DNA of 43,183 nt from Schmidtea polychroa. Lineage: Eukaryota. The stretch spans positions 147,270,818-147,314,000 of the forward strand of contig CM097886.1 in assembly GCA_044892525.1 (NCBI GenBank), read 5' to 3'. This document shows positions 25,921-38,290 of this stretch, piece after piece (position 1 is the stretch's first letter; every line of letters starts with the position of its first letter). A program made the translations under genes and the position numbers. The notes beneath the pieces were generated by a model that made no database searches, had not been told where the DNA came from, and saw only the letters and a list, made by a program, of their open reading frames with translations.

Positions 25921-26010
25921 TCTTAGGATTCTTTTTTCATGATATATGAGTCTATTTTATTTGTTTTACGCTACAATTTAAATGCACACTATTTTAATGT
26001 ATTTGCACAC

Positions 26011-26190
26011 TAAATGCTAACTATAAATAATAAATGCTAACTATAAATAATAAATGCTAACTATAAATAATAAATGCTAACTATAAATAATAAATGCTAA
26101 CTATAAATAATAAATGCAAACTATAATAAATAAAAGCTAACTATAATAACTAATTGCTAACTATAAATAGTAATGCTAACTATAAATAAA
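26011..26190. repeat. 20-bp minisatellite TAAATGCTAACTATAAATAA, 5 perfect plus 4 degenerate units
   Basis: Direct reading of the sequence. Confidence 0.95.
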
Positions 26191-26670
26191 TTATTTTCTA
26201 ACTTGGTTGATTGGATTGAAAGGTGGTCCAACAATTACGAATCTGGAATTAAAGTCATCAAAACCGAACCAGAAATTGACTTGGAACTTTGGACTAGCTC
26301 ATACCAGTGGGCAAAGTTGAAGAAAACCATTTTTCCAGAATCAACAGAGAGTGGTGTTGTTTACAAAATTGCTGCAAAAGATTTGACAGAAACCTACGAT
26401 GGAATTGACAACTGGGAAACGTTTGATGAGTTTAAAATTAATGCATTTCTTTCATGGACTACTATTTTACCAAAAGATCAAAATGACTGGATTAACGGAG
26501 ACTGTAACTGCCCTTCTTTTTTTAAAAAAATGCTTTGCAAACACATTGTTGGATTAGCTATTCGACTAAAGCTTGTAGCCCCTCCAACCGAAGCGAAAAA
26601 TGTTCCAATTGGAACCAAAAGAAAGAGAGGTCGCCCTGCAAAAGCAAGAAAAGCATTGCTGTTGCAGTAG
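26173..26670 (+). pseudogene. MULE-type transposase C-terminal part with SWIM zinc finger and AT-hook-like basic tail
   Basis: DCNCPSFFKKMLCKHIVGL (CxC-x8-CxH SWIM) and KRKRGRPAKA; the ATG comes from the last minisatellite unit. Confidence 0.75.
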
Positions 26671-27437
26671 AACTAAAAATTTATTATATCTAGTGCAAAT
26701 AAAATGCAGCCATCATACAAAACATTTTGTTAAACCATTTTTTAAATGTCTATAAATTGTTGTATTTAAGCATTCACAATAAATTGTAATCTCTATGCTT
26801 TTTTATTCATTGAAATATATCTGAAATTTTTATTTTATAATGTATAAATATTTTTGAAAATAGTGTGCAAATATTTATTTTTTAGTTTGCAGAACATAGT
26901 TAGCAAATATCGATTTTATAGTGTGCAAAAATCATTTTTTTAGTTTGCAAAATATAGTTAGCAAATAAGTATTTAATAGTGTGCAAAAATCATTTTTTTA
27001 GTTTTCAAAAAATAGTTAGCAAAAATCAATTTTATAGTGTGCAAAAATTATTTTTTAGTTTGCAAAAATAGTTAGCAAATGTTAATTTTTTAGTGTGCAA
27101 AATGGGATTATTTAGTTTGCATTTAATTAGGCGCCTTTGTTTTATATGATTAAATGATTATTATAATCAATAAAAAATTTAAATTGGAAAATTTCATATT
27201 CACTGTAATGTATCATATTTTTTATTTATTTTTAAATTGTAATTAGTATTCGTCGTATACGGTGATTTTTATCACCAAGTATGTGAAAATAAATAATAAA
27301 ACTATATAGTGTAAATTATTACTATAGTAAATTACAAATTTAAAAAACAAAAAAATCGATAAAAATTTATCTAAGGAAGAAAAAAATTTATCTAAGACAA
27401 CAAAAATTAAAACTATAACTGATCAGAAGGAAAACAT

Positions 27438-27663
27438 AGAACAATTATTATCTACTTATAATCTAGATCTTACAAGTTCAAAGAATATATATCATTTAAC
27501 AGAAATTGAATTTGGACATTCCACTATTCCGTTCATTCTTAGAAGAACAATTATTATCTACATATTATCTGCATCTTTACAAGTTCAAAGAACATATATC
27601 ATTTAATAGAAACTGATTCTGGTCATTCCACTAAACCGTTCATTTATAGAAGGATAATTATTA
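27438..27663. repeat. Diverged tandem duplication, period about 106 bp
   Basis: AGAACAATTATTATCTAC...TTACAAGTTCAAAGAA(T/C)ATATATCATTTAA at 27438 and 27544. Confidence 0.85.
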
Positions 27664-27716
27664 ATGGTAATTTAGACAATTGGTCGATAAAGTTTATGTT
27701 GTTTTTTGTTGATAAA

Positions 27717-27764
<48 letters not shown>

Positions 27765-27791
27765 AATGTAGTCGCAAATTAATTATTAATT

Positions 27792-27851
27792 TACATACAT
27801 CCACCCCGGCTGTCCCGATACTTTTTACTGGAGACTTTGCCGGGCTCTATA
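27792..27851 (-). repeat. Right arm of the inverted repeat pair with 23130-23191
   Basis: Reverse complement TATAGAGCCCGGCAAAGTCTCCAGTAAAAAGTATCGGGACAGCCGGGG... Confidence 0.75.
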
Positions 27852-27966
27852 AACTCTCTCATAACTACACAAAAACCTACAACATAATTCGAGAATTCAT
27901 TTAATCTACGATATTTAAGAACCTATAATATTCACGCTACAAAGTTTAACTTTTTATGAACACATG

Positions 27967-28193
27967 AGTAGTGTGTTTATTGAGCAAACGGAGCCAGACA
28001 CCCTAGCTGAAAATAATTTATAATTTCTACACATCAACATTTTCATAATTACAAATTTGGTAATTTTATAAATTTATACACTTCAACAGCCAAATACCCC
28101 AAGCTCCCCATACATCACAAATAAGGTGTACAAATTTGTACCATGTAAAATTAAATATGCATTGAATTGCGTTTGCTCAATAAACACACTACT
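27967..28193. mobile_element. 227-bp miniature element with perfect 24-bp TIRs starting AGTAGT
   Basis: AGTAGTGTGTTTATTGAGCAAACG at 27967-27990 and its exact reverse complement at 28170-28193; no TSD seen. Confidence 0.75.
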
Positions 28194-28409
28194 ATATAAA
28201 TATGCAAAAATGCAAATTATAAAATTTGAGAAATAGGGTTTAGCCAAAATATAGAATTTTAATATAATTTGGATATGGGTTTTAAGAAATGGTATAAATG
28301 TTTGAAATATTTGAAAATATGAAAAAAATGAAAATATGAGGAAAATGAAAAAATAGAAATTTCATGCTGTGAAAAAAAATACTTAAAAAATACTTAATTC
28401 CAAAAAAAT

Positions 28410-29105
28410 ATGACTACTCCAAATGGATACATTTGTGTACCTTGTGAAAAAACATTTCAAACTTTACCAGCATTAAAATCTCATAAAACATGTAATAAAA
28501 ACCAATTCTTTAAATAATGAAAATTCAAAAACGTGTGATAAATGTGGAAGTATATTTTTACTATCTGGCTATACTTCGCATCATGACACTTTTAGAATTG
28601 CAAGAGAACAAGAGCTTGAGAAAATCAACAAAATAAAACAAGCTGATGAGCGAGAGTAACAACAACTGCTAGGATTAGATGTAGTTCGAATGATTGAACA
28701 AGTTGGTTCTCCTCGTTCTTCATCAGTAGGAGTCAAGGATTATATTCTTTTTCACAAAGATGAAATTATAGCAACAATGAACAAGGCTCTTGAAAAATTG
28801 AGACATGTTAAATTCCGAATAGATATATTCATGACTTATAATCGAGTACAAACAATAATTTTTTAAACATTTCCATTAGAAGCAAATTCTTCCATTTATT
28901 TGGAAAACCAAGTGATTTATAAAAATTTATAAAGATTTAGATCAAGAAGCTGATTCAAAATCAGATTATATTGAAGGTAGTGACATGGTTCTAGTTTCTT
29001 TTGAATATATTCAAATTCATTATTGGAAAGCAACTCCTTTTCAACCAAAATCTTGGATTCCAACTCCTAAAGCTATTACAAGTAAATAGATCATCAATCT
29101 AAATA
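28410..29105 (+). pseudogene. Polinton/Maverick pPolB-associated N-terminal region with zinc-finger-like motifs, degraded
   Basis: CVPCEKTF..ALKSH and CDKCGSIF..YTSH. EGSDMVLVSFEYIQIHYWKATP..KSWIPTPKAITSK*IINL resembles the Polinton GSGW.L..I..L.I.I.KY.PL..SSYI.LP..I..KKAIIN motif. Confidence 0.55.
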
Positions 29106-29107
29106 CA

Positions 29108-29776
29108 TTGAATCTAAAGAGCTCTAAAAATAAATCTGAGGTATTTGCGATAATTCCAGTACAAAGAGAGAGATCAATAACCCCAACCCAAGACAAGTGG
29201 GAATCAGGAAATAGATTTAAGCGATCGAAAAGCCCATCACCCAAATGGAGGAACGATAATAATGTGAACAGAGCAAGCCAAAATTCACCAAGCACTGAGA
29301 GATCTAAAGCTATTCAATGTGATATTTGTAAGAAAATTGGTCATTATACAAACCAGTGTTGGTTTAAAAATAATTCTGAAAGAGTACCTAGGAGATTGAG
29401 TCCAGATTGGCAGAGAGATGATAGAGGAACAAATTTTCGGAGAACAATTCCTAATATGAAGTCAAATTTCAATGAGGTACAATGCTATCGCTGTAGTAGA
29501 AAAGGACATGTTTCTAGAAATTGTTTTTCAAGATCACCATCAACGTCACCATCACCACAGAGAGACAATGTGAATTTAAATGGGAAAATTCAATGTCATT
29601 TGTGCAGAAATTACGGGCATATTGCAAGATCCTGTCCCAGAAATTCTAACAAATTTCAAAGACCAATTTTGAAACGAACAATTAGATTTCAGGATGAAAA
29701 ACAATCAAACAATAACGTTGCTTATGTTCAGAAGATAAATTTAGAGAGAAAATTGAGAACGATGTTAATCAATTGA
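29108..29776 (+). pseudogene. Gag nucleocapsid-like region with three CCHC zinc knuckles
   Basis: CDICKKIGHYTNQC, CYRCSRKGHVSRNC, CHLCRNYGHIARSC separated by SP/R-rich linkers. Confidence 0.85.
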
Positions 29777-30159
29777 ATCAAAAATTGAATGAATTGATAG
29801 CAAAATTTGAATCAGAAGAAGAAACAGATGCTCATATTATGACGAGACGAAAATTGACAGATGAATCAAAACTTGATGATGTTGCTAGAAACATAGTTAA
29901 AACTGATATGCAAAGTGAAAAGAGTACAATACTTATTACTAAGGACAGAAAATTAGTAATAGAACCTGACGCAAACTCTCAGAAATTGACAGAAGTGTTA
30001 ATGAAGCTAACGATAATACTGTTGAGTTTAACAAAAATCAAAACTGTTATTAAACTTTGTATGGAATGTTATGCAGCAAGTGTGGGAAAGCGAGATCTAT
30101 TTGAAAATTATATGATAGAATTTGGCCAAACTCTACTAAAAATTAAATGGTTAGACCCA

Positions 30160-30375
30160 ATATTTATCAAAACAAATGATCAGACGGCACCAAATCCGAG
30201 TATCAAATTGAAGCATACGAAAAAGTGCATGAGCTAAAAAGAGAAATAATGCACAAATGTGAAGTTTGGGCAGTAGAACTTAGATTTATGGGCCGATTGT
30301 TGACAGACGACGAATTTTTGATACATTGTGGATTGATCCCCGGTGTTGAAAATTGAAATACAAGTAATGAGTATG
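30160..30375 (+). pseudogene. Frameshifted ubiquitin-like (UBL) domain
   Basis: Across two frameshifts: IFIKT..DGTKSEYQIEAYEKVHELKREIMHKCEVWAVELRFMGRLLTDDEFLIHCGLIPGVE/IEIQVM. This aligns with ubiquitin [44 protein letters not shown]. Confidence 0.65.
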
Positions 30376-30628
30376 ATTCCCAATGAGAAACCTGTCTAAT
30401 ATGATGTTGATAGAATTAAATTTGAATTAAATGAAGTATTGTTCAAAGGTGATATTATTGATAAATTAAATAATATTTTGAATTTAGAACTGGAATTGGA
30501 AGATAAATTAAAAATTTTAGATTATGTCAGACTTACAAAGATAAATATAGTGAAATGTTGAAAACTCTTTTTCGAAAATTTGGACAAGAATTTAGGAAGA
30601 AGGAATTTATATTGAGCCATTCATAATA

Positions 30629-31438
30629 ATGTTAACAATATATGATCAGGGAATCGAATGCACTAACGAGCATTGGTGTACAAAAGTAAGTAAAATACAA
30701 CGGAGAGCAGCAGAAAATTTGGGTAATGATGGAATAATTGTATTGACGTATAAAGGTTTTGAGTTAGATGATGACGAGTATTTATTTGATTGTGACTGTA
30801 TACCACGAAAGCTCGATGAAAATGGATTTTTGACGAATGAGGAACCGTCTCAAATGTGTATTAATGAAATAGTTGCGATGAAACAATTTGAATTAAAGGA
30901 AGTAGAAGAAAGTTTTAAAATGGAATTACCAAATTGGAAAAATGAGATAATGAGTGATGATGAGGAGATGCACGATGAACAAGAAATGAGAAGAGATGAC
31001 ATAGAAAATGAAACTGAAGAGATTATTGTTAAAAATGAGATAAAAATTGAAGTTAAAAATGAGGCATATATAACAGAGATGACGACTAATAATGAGATTA
31101 AGGAAAAACAATGCAGGAATTTGTATAAAATGAGATGTAAAATAATAAAAAGATTCCATGAGGAGAGAGATCAAAATAACTCAGAGAAAACTGAGAAAGT
31201 GTTACGTGCTCTAGTAAATGAATTATATGGTGAATCAACAGAGAAATTACAAGTAGAGAAATATGTGAGAAAAATCGCAAAGAAAATTAAAAAGAGATTT
31301 TGTGTATCGTTGAAACAGAAAAAAGAAAGTATGGAGTTTTGCGAAGATAGTGTGATAACTGAGCTGATGACTAGAGAAATGGATAGAAATATAGTATTAA
31401 CAAGTATGAGTTATATTTTGTTAGAAATCGGAACATGA
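30629..31438 (+). CDS. Acidic/charged unknown ORF with a possible second UBL-like motif at its N-terminus
   Basis: 269-aa open frame; KVSKIQRRAAENLGNDGIIVLTYKGFELDDDEYLFDC resembles the L.F.G..L.D...L.DY motif of ubiquitin folds. Confidence 0.4.
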   Translation: MLTIYDQGIECTNEHWCTKVSKIQRRAAENLGNDGIIVLTYKGFELDDDEYLFDCDCIPRKLDENGFLTNEEPSQMCINEIVAMKQFELKEVEESFKMELPNWKNEIMSDDEEMHDEQEMRRDDIENETEEIIVKNEIKIEVKNEAYITEMTTNNEIKEKQCRNLYKMRCKIIKRFHEERDQNNSEKTEKVLRALVNELYGESTEKLQVEKYVRKIAKKIKKRFCVSLKQKKESMEFCEDSVITELMTREMDRNIVLTSMSYILLEIGT

Positions 31439-32349
31439 TTGCTCAGATATGGAAAAACAAGAGGAAATAATTAAAACGGCAAGCAGAGTTTTACATAAAC
31501 ATGTGGGCACATGGATAAAAAGAGAATGGAGGTTGGGAGAAGCTGAGTAAACAAAAAATTGAACCAGTTGTAAAAATGAGCGAAAACTATGATGGGGCAT
31601 TAAAAAGAAAACCCGTAAAATTACCGTTTTTAATGTTTATGATCTTAATATTTTATGCAATTTCCAACTAAAACCTCTTCGTTAATTGCATATGATTGCA
31701 CTCAAACAAAGATTGGAGAAATTTATTCGATAATGTATTAAAGAATTAGCAATTAGCGACAAAATTAAAGACAATTCAAAAAATGTATAATTTCATACAT
31801 GTTAATCTTTGGACAAAATAGTGGAGAAATGTTGTCATAATCGAACCGATGATGAAGAAATTTATATGTATTGGACAGTCAAAGAACAGCAGAAAATTAA
31901 AATAATTTTCCAAAAAACCATGTAATTGAGATATTGAGTAAAGGAAAATTTTTTGTCAAAAATGGGAATCTACAGAAACCTCTTCATGGTTATGAAACCT
32001 GTACGAACAATGAATGGTCAAAATTAGAATCTCAAGATGAAACAAAATACCTTAATAACAAAACAAATCACGTTCAAATGCAGATTTGTAGTTGTTTCGA
32101 CCAGTCAGAGGGGGAATGTCACTCACCTCTGACTGGCAGTTTGTTGGATGCTTCTTTTGTTTCGCGTCTGTGTGCGCGGTCTGATTTGTTCGAATATTGT
32201 TGGTGTGCGCACAGACGCGAGAAGTAGGTTTGATTTTCGTTGTTTCTGGTGAAATTTTAGAATTATTGTTTTTTTGTAGAAACTATATTTAATTTTGTGG
32301 TTTTGTTTTACTGGTAAATTTTCGAATTCTGGAATTGTGGATTTTTTAA

Positions 32350-33393
<1,044 letters not shown>

Positions 33394-34593
33394 TAAAATT
33401 ACTATTTAGCAATTTGATGGAGGATGATCAGATGTTAAAGGTCAACTATCATAGAAGATGCCAAAGGTCAATTAATTATTGCCAACGTCCGGTTTCAAAT
33501 AACAGATTATTATAATTCCAAAGAATTCCAGAACGATTCCAGAAATTTCCGACAATTCAAACAATTCTACCCAGATAAACAAATTCACAAAATCAATATA
33601 GTTTCTACAAATAATTTCATAAATTCATAAAAGACAACGAAATCAAACCCATTGCTCGCGTCTGTGTGTGCACACCCATTTACCATAATTCGGCACACAG
33701 ACGCGAGAATATTCAACCAACAGACTAATCAACAGCCAGTCAGAGGTGAGTGACATTCCCCCTCTGACTGGTCGAAACAGTAGTAATGAAATAACTGTAT
33801 TTTACAAGACAAAGGTCGGAAAAAGGGTAAATGTTTTTATAAATGATAAAATTCAGGTAGTGTTGGACGAACATCGTCAACAAGCAAAAGGTAGCCTTCA
33901 AAATTCAAAACCGAAAGCAACATCAAATGAATTTATGACGAGAATTATGCATTGCAAGCGAAAAACCAACGCTGACCGGTGGCATATCGTGTTCATCGAA
34001 AATAGACATATTAATCTTCATAATAATAAATTCTTTGAGAAAATAACTATTAATCAAAAATTGAAGTTATTATTGACATTCTTATGTATAAAAAACAACA
34101 GTCTATCATTACACTATAAAGAGAATCTATTTATTAGCAATTGTGTTAAAATATCGTTCAGATTTGTAATTATGGCCATTCCAAGTGACATTCTACTCTT
34201 TGACATTGTGATCAATATAGCCATTGAAAAGGAGAACAATCATATATGACTTTCAGTATTCGGATCCGCGGAGATCAATGTGGTTAGAGACATGGGTGTA
34301 GTAAGATATGATTTCATTGCATGATATTGATATTGTAGAGTATTTCTTTATATTATATCTTTTATGATTATGCTCAAAATGACTAATAATAATCTTGTTA
34401 TGTGACTAATCGTGTTATCCTTTCTGTGAATAAACGGGTTGAGCGGTTACATTGCTGATGGGGAAATTGGGATATAAAAGTATGGTTGTTTTCAGATGAT
34501 TTAACAAAATTTTAACAGAAGATAACTAGAAAAGGAAATTCAAATGGGAAAAATCTAAAATTTCATTACTAGTTAAAATTCCATCTTCTAGAG

Positions 34594-37089
34594 CATAGGT
34601 TCCCAACCTGTGGTACGCGTACCACTAGTGGTACGAATTGATAATTTTGGTGGTACGCCAAGAGTTTTGTACTTTTAAAAAACTTATATTTTATGCTAAG
34701 ATAACAAAAAAATTAATCAAGCTATAAATTCGTATATTCTTCTGATAGAACGATACCCAACATATTCAGAAAAATATGCGTAGTTAAAAGAAAAATATTT
34801 TTAGTACTAACACGTTCGAACAAATCCAGAAATATACTATTAGGTTTAGTTTTTATTTTAATTTACAAAGCAAGCTGGGGTGTGATAAATTTGTATCCAT
34901 CTTATTAAGAAATAGTCCATAAGTAAATTATTATTTTTTAGATTTTTCAAAAAGAAAAAAATATTTCTATCAGGATTCGAACCAGCCCCCGAAGTTAAGG
35001 TCTTACCAAATTTTTTTACCCATTGATAATGAAAAATTTTGCCGATAACAATGAAAATTTAAGTTCATATAGCGAAGAAGAGGAAATCTTTGAAAAGACA
35101 AATTGTGTGCAGAAAAAAAAGCATAAAAAGAAAGAGAAAGTAGCCAGGCTCTATAATCCAGAATACTTAAGCTATGTATTTTCAATTAAATCTGGCTCAG
35201 AGTCTTCCGATTCCGCAGTGTGTTATCTGTTTCGAAACTTTATCAAATGGATGCATGAAACCATCACTTTTAAAAAGACATTTCTCAACTAAGCATCCGG
35301 AACTAAAAGATAGGCCTTCGGAATATTTTCAAAGGAGGGTTGCGGAACTGGGCCTTCAAAAAGCTTTTATGACATCTTTCAGCAATTTAAACACAAATTA
35401 TGTTCGGGCTTCATATTTAGCGAGCTTACATATAGCAAAATGTGGAAAGGCACATACAATTGGTGAAACTTTATTGCTGCCTGTTGCTAAAGATATCGTA
35501 AGATCAGTATTTGGCGAAAATTCAGCGAAGGAAATCGAAAAAATCTCATTGTCGAACAACACGGTAAAGTCACGAATAGACGATATGGCAAATCAGATAG
35601 AAAAAATTTTAGTCTGCAGATTAAAAGACTGTTGGTTTTTTTCTTTGTAGCTTGACGAAAGTACCGACGTTTCAAATTTGGCTCAATTACTTGTCTATGT
35701 TCGATTTGATTTTATGAACGAAATACACGAAGAAATGCTTTTTTGTAAACCTTTGAAAATGAGAACAACATCTAATGAAATTTTTAACATACTTACTGGT
35801 TACTTTGCTGAAAATGAAATAGACTGGAATAAATGTGTAGGGATTTGCACAGATGGTGCTCGAGCCATGATTGGAAGCTTATCTGGGGTAGTTACAAGAA
35901 TTAAAGAAGTTGCTCCGTTATGTATTTCTATGCATTGTATAATTCATCGTGCATCTTTGGCGGCAAAAAATATGCCCGATCCCTTGATAACAGTTCTAAA
36001 CGAAGCCGTAAAAACGATAAATTTCATAAAGTCTCGAGCACTTAATTCCCGATTATTTTCAATTCTATGCAGTGAGATGGGAAGTGACCATACCACGCTG
36101 TTGCTGCATACTGAAGTCCGGTGGCTTTCAAGAGGAAAAGTTTTAAGTCGACTATTTGAATTGCGAAATGAGGTAAAAATCTTTCTTAAAACTTCCCAAG
36201 AGCGAAACGATATTAATTTTACAAATGAAATTTGGTTGTCTAGGCTTGCATACTTATCAGATATTTTTGCTAGGCTGAATGAATTAAATTTAAGCTTACA
36301 AGGCGCAAACAATTCGGTGTTTGATCTCAGCGACAAGATATTAGCATTTAAGAGAAAATTAAGATTAATATTGCAACAGATTGAAAAAGGAGATATTTCA
36401 ATACTTTTTTCTTTAAGCGCCTTTGTTGATGAAAACAAAATTTCTGTTTCTGAGCAAGTATTGGCCGATATTAATCAACATATCATATCCATGTTACAAT
36501 CCTTTGAAAAGTATTTCCCGGAAAACGTTATTTCTCAAAATTGGATTCGAAATCCCTTCGCATTCCAATTTGATATCCCAGATAATGTTAATGATAAGGA
36601 ATCTTTTATTGATCTAATTAGCGATGGCAATTTAAAAATTAAATTCAATAACTCTAATTTGTGCTCATTTTGGCTTTCCATTCGTAAAGAATATCCTGAA
36701 TTATCAAGTCAAGCTATTAAATTTTTAATGACATTTAGTACTACGTATTTGTGTGAAACTGGATTTTCAACCATGTCAGCGATAAAAAATAAATACAGAT
36801 CATTGCTTAGTATAGAATCTGATCTTCGTCTCAAATTGTCGAAAATTTCACCAGATATTTCCATGTTAGTTAGGAATAAACAAGCTCAACCATCTCACTA
36901 AATAAAATAAAAATATTATGAGCAAAAAATTTTTTGTTTTTTTGTTTGATTTTTTTTCTTAACCACAAAAGAAATTTTTTATATATAAAATGCTACATTT
37001 AAAATAAGCCCCCCAAATTTTTTACGTGGTACTCAAAAATTATTTTTATTTTTAGTGGTACGAAACCCAAAAAAGGTTGGGAACCGCTG
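34594..37089 (+). mobile_element. Full-length hAT (Buster/Charlie-type) transposon
   Basis: TIRs CATAGGTTCCCAACCT / AGGTTGGGAACCGCTG, perfect 8-bp TSD TTCTAGAG (34586-34593, 37090-37097) with central TA, GTGGTAC subterminal repeats. Confidence 0.95.
35023..36901 (+). pseudogene. Buster-type hAT transposase (ZBED5/ZBED8/SCAND3-like) with a frameshift and one premature stop
   Basis: RLYNPEYLSY, PQCVICFETLSNGCMKPSLLKRHF..KH, FSL*LDESTD (TAG 35648-35650), CTDGARAM, HCIIHR, HTEVRWLSRG, FSTTYLCETGFS, QAQPSH. Confidence 0.93.
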
Positions 37090-38290
37090 TTCTAGAGCTT
37101 TTATTTAATAAAGATATAATTTGTTTATTCCAAGTCCTAAACTATCACAGACTTCTCGGTAAATTTTTTTCTTTTTGAAGTTAGTCCAATTGAAATGCCT
37201 TCAGATCAAAACAAATACAAGGCATTTACACCTCCAAAGTAGAAGCAAAAATTACAGAAACTAAAGGTGCAATTCCAATTAATCCAACACCAGAAAATAT
37301 TGCAGTTGAAATTGTTAGTGATCCTGTTATACTAATGCATGCAATTTTTATACTACTATTAGCTCTAGTCTATCTATTTCTTATTTTTTTTATAATGTTC
37401 AAGCCTTTCATCTAGTTTCTTTTAATCTAGTAGAAATTCATTTATTCAGTTTATGGTTCCACTATTCCGTCTTGCGCTGTTGGAGGGCTCTGCCCGATGG
37501 GTGGTGTTATTATTTTTATTATTTTCAGTATTGATGTTTTGATTATTTTGAGTATTGATATTTTCATTATTTACGTGGAACTTTGTATTTCTATCAATTC
37601 TAGTTTCTAAAATCACTTCTTCTTTTATTTCCACTTCTTTCATCTCGACTCTTGTTTGTTCTATCGATACATCAAAATAAATTTCATCCAAATTAGGATA
37701 TATTTTTGATTCTAGTACCTCAATTTTAAGTATTTAAACTTGATATAAAAACACTACAAAAACTTTGTATTATTTTTAGGTAACGTATAAGAAATCAACC
37801 CAACATTTGATTCATACTAATTGTACAATGCTTTTTGTACTTGATCAATAAAATCTATACTAGGTTTGGTCTCGTATATTATTACATCTAAATAATACAC
37901 CAAGGGAGAGTCGAAAACAATTTTCTTACTTAGGGTTTTGTAAAAGCCATCATTCTTTGCTCGATTAATCCAAATTAATCCTATACGAGTATAACAAACA
38001 ATAATGACATCATTCTTGCGAAAATCAGTTGATTCTAGGGTTTTTTCATTTTTCACAAACCAACTCATTTTTTCATTATCATCAGCAAACTAAAGGAAAT
38101 TTGGATAAATAATTTTTACAACTACAAAACAAAACCAATCAGTACTCCCCAGGCCAACTCCAGAACCCCCTACTTTGAAAGCACCCAAACTTTTTGGATG
38201 TTTATATGATTTGAATAATCCATGATTCTCTTATAATTCAGCAGATCTCCTTCTCCAAGAATAACCAGGATTAACATGAGTAGAATGTGA

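Larger units (their letters stand above)
25965..27135 (+). mobile_element. MULE-like deletion derivative with repeat-rich inverted subtermini (ends approximate)
   Basis: TGCACACTA/TGCTAACTA/TGCAAACTA motifs on the left are mirrored by TAGTGTGCA/TAGTTAGCA/TAGTTTGCA arrays at 26860-27120; encloses a SWIM ORF. Confidence 0.65.

Noticed and set aside
26011-26190. CRISPR-like regular repeat
   Set aside because: Head-to-tail units with no unique spacers, eukaryotic context, no cas genes; it is a minisatellite.
32101-32136. Helitron 3' hairpin interpretation of the terminal stem-loop
   Set aside because: The hairpin occurs at both ends in inverted orientation with a TSD and no CTRR end; Helitrons lack TIRs and TSDs.
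35944-36438. 164-aa minus-strand ORF
   Set aside because: Antisense shadow of the hAT transposase.
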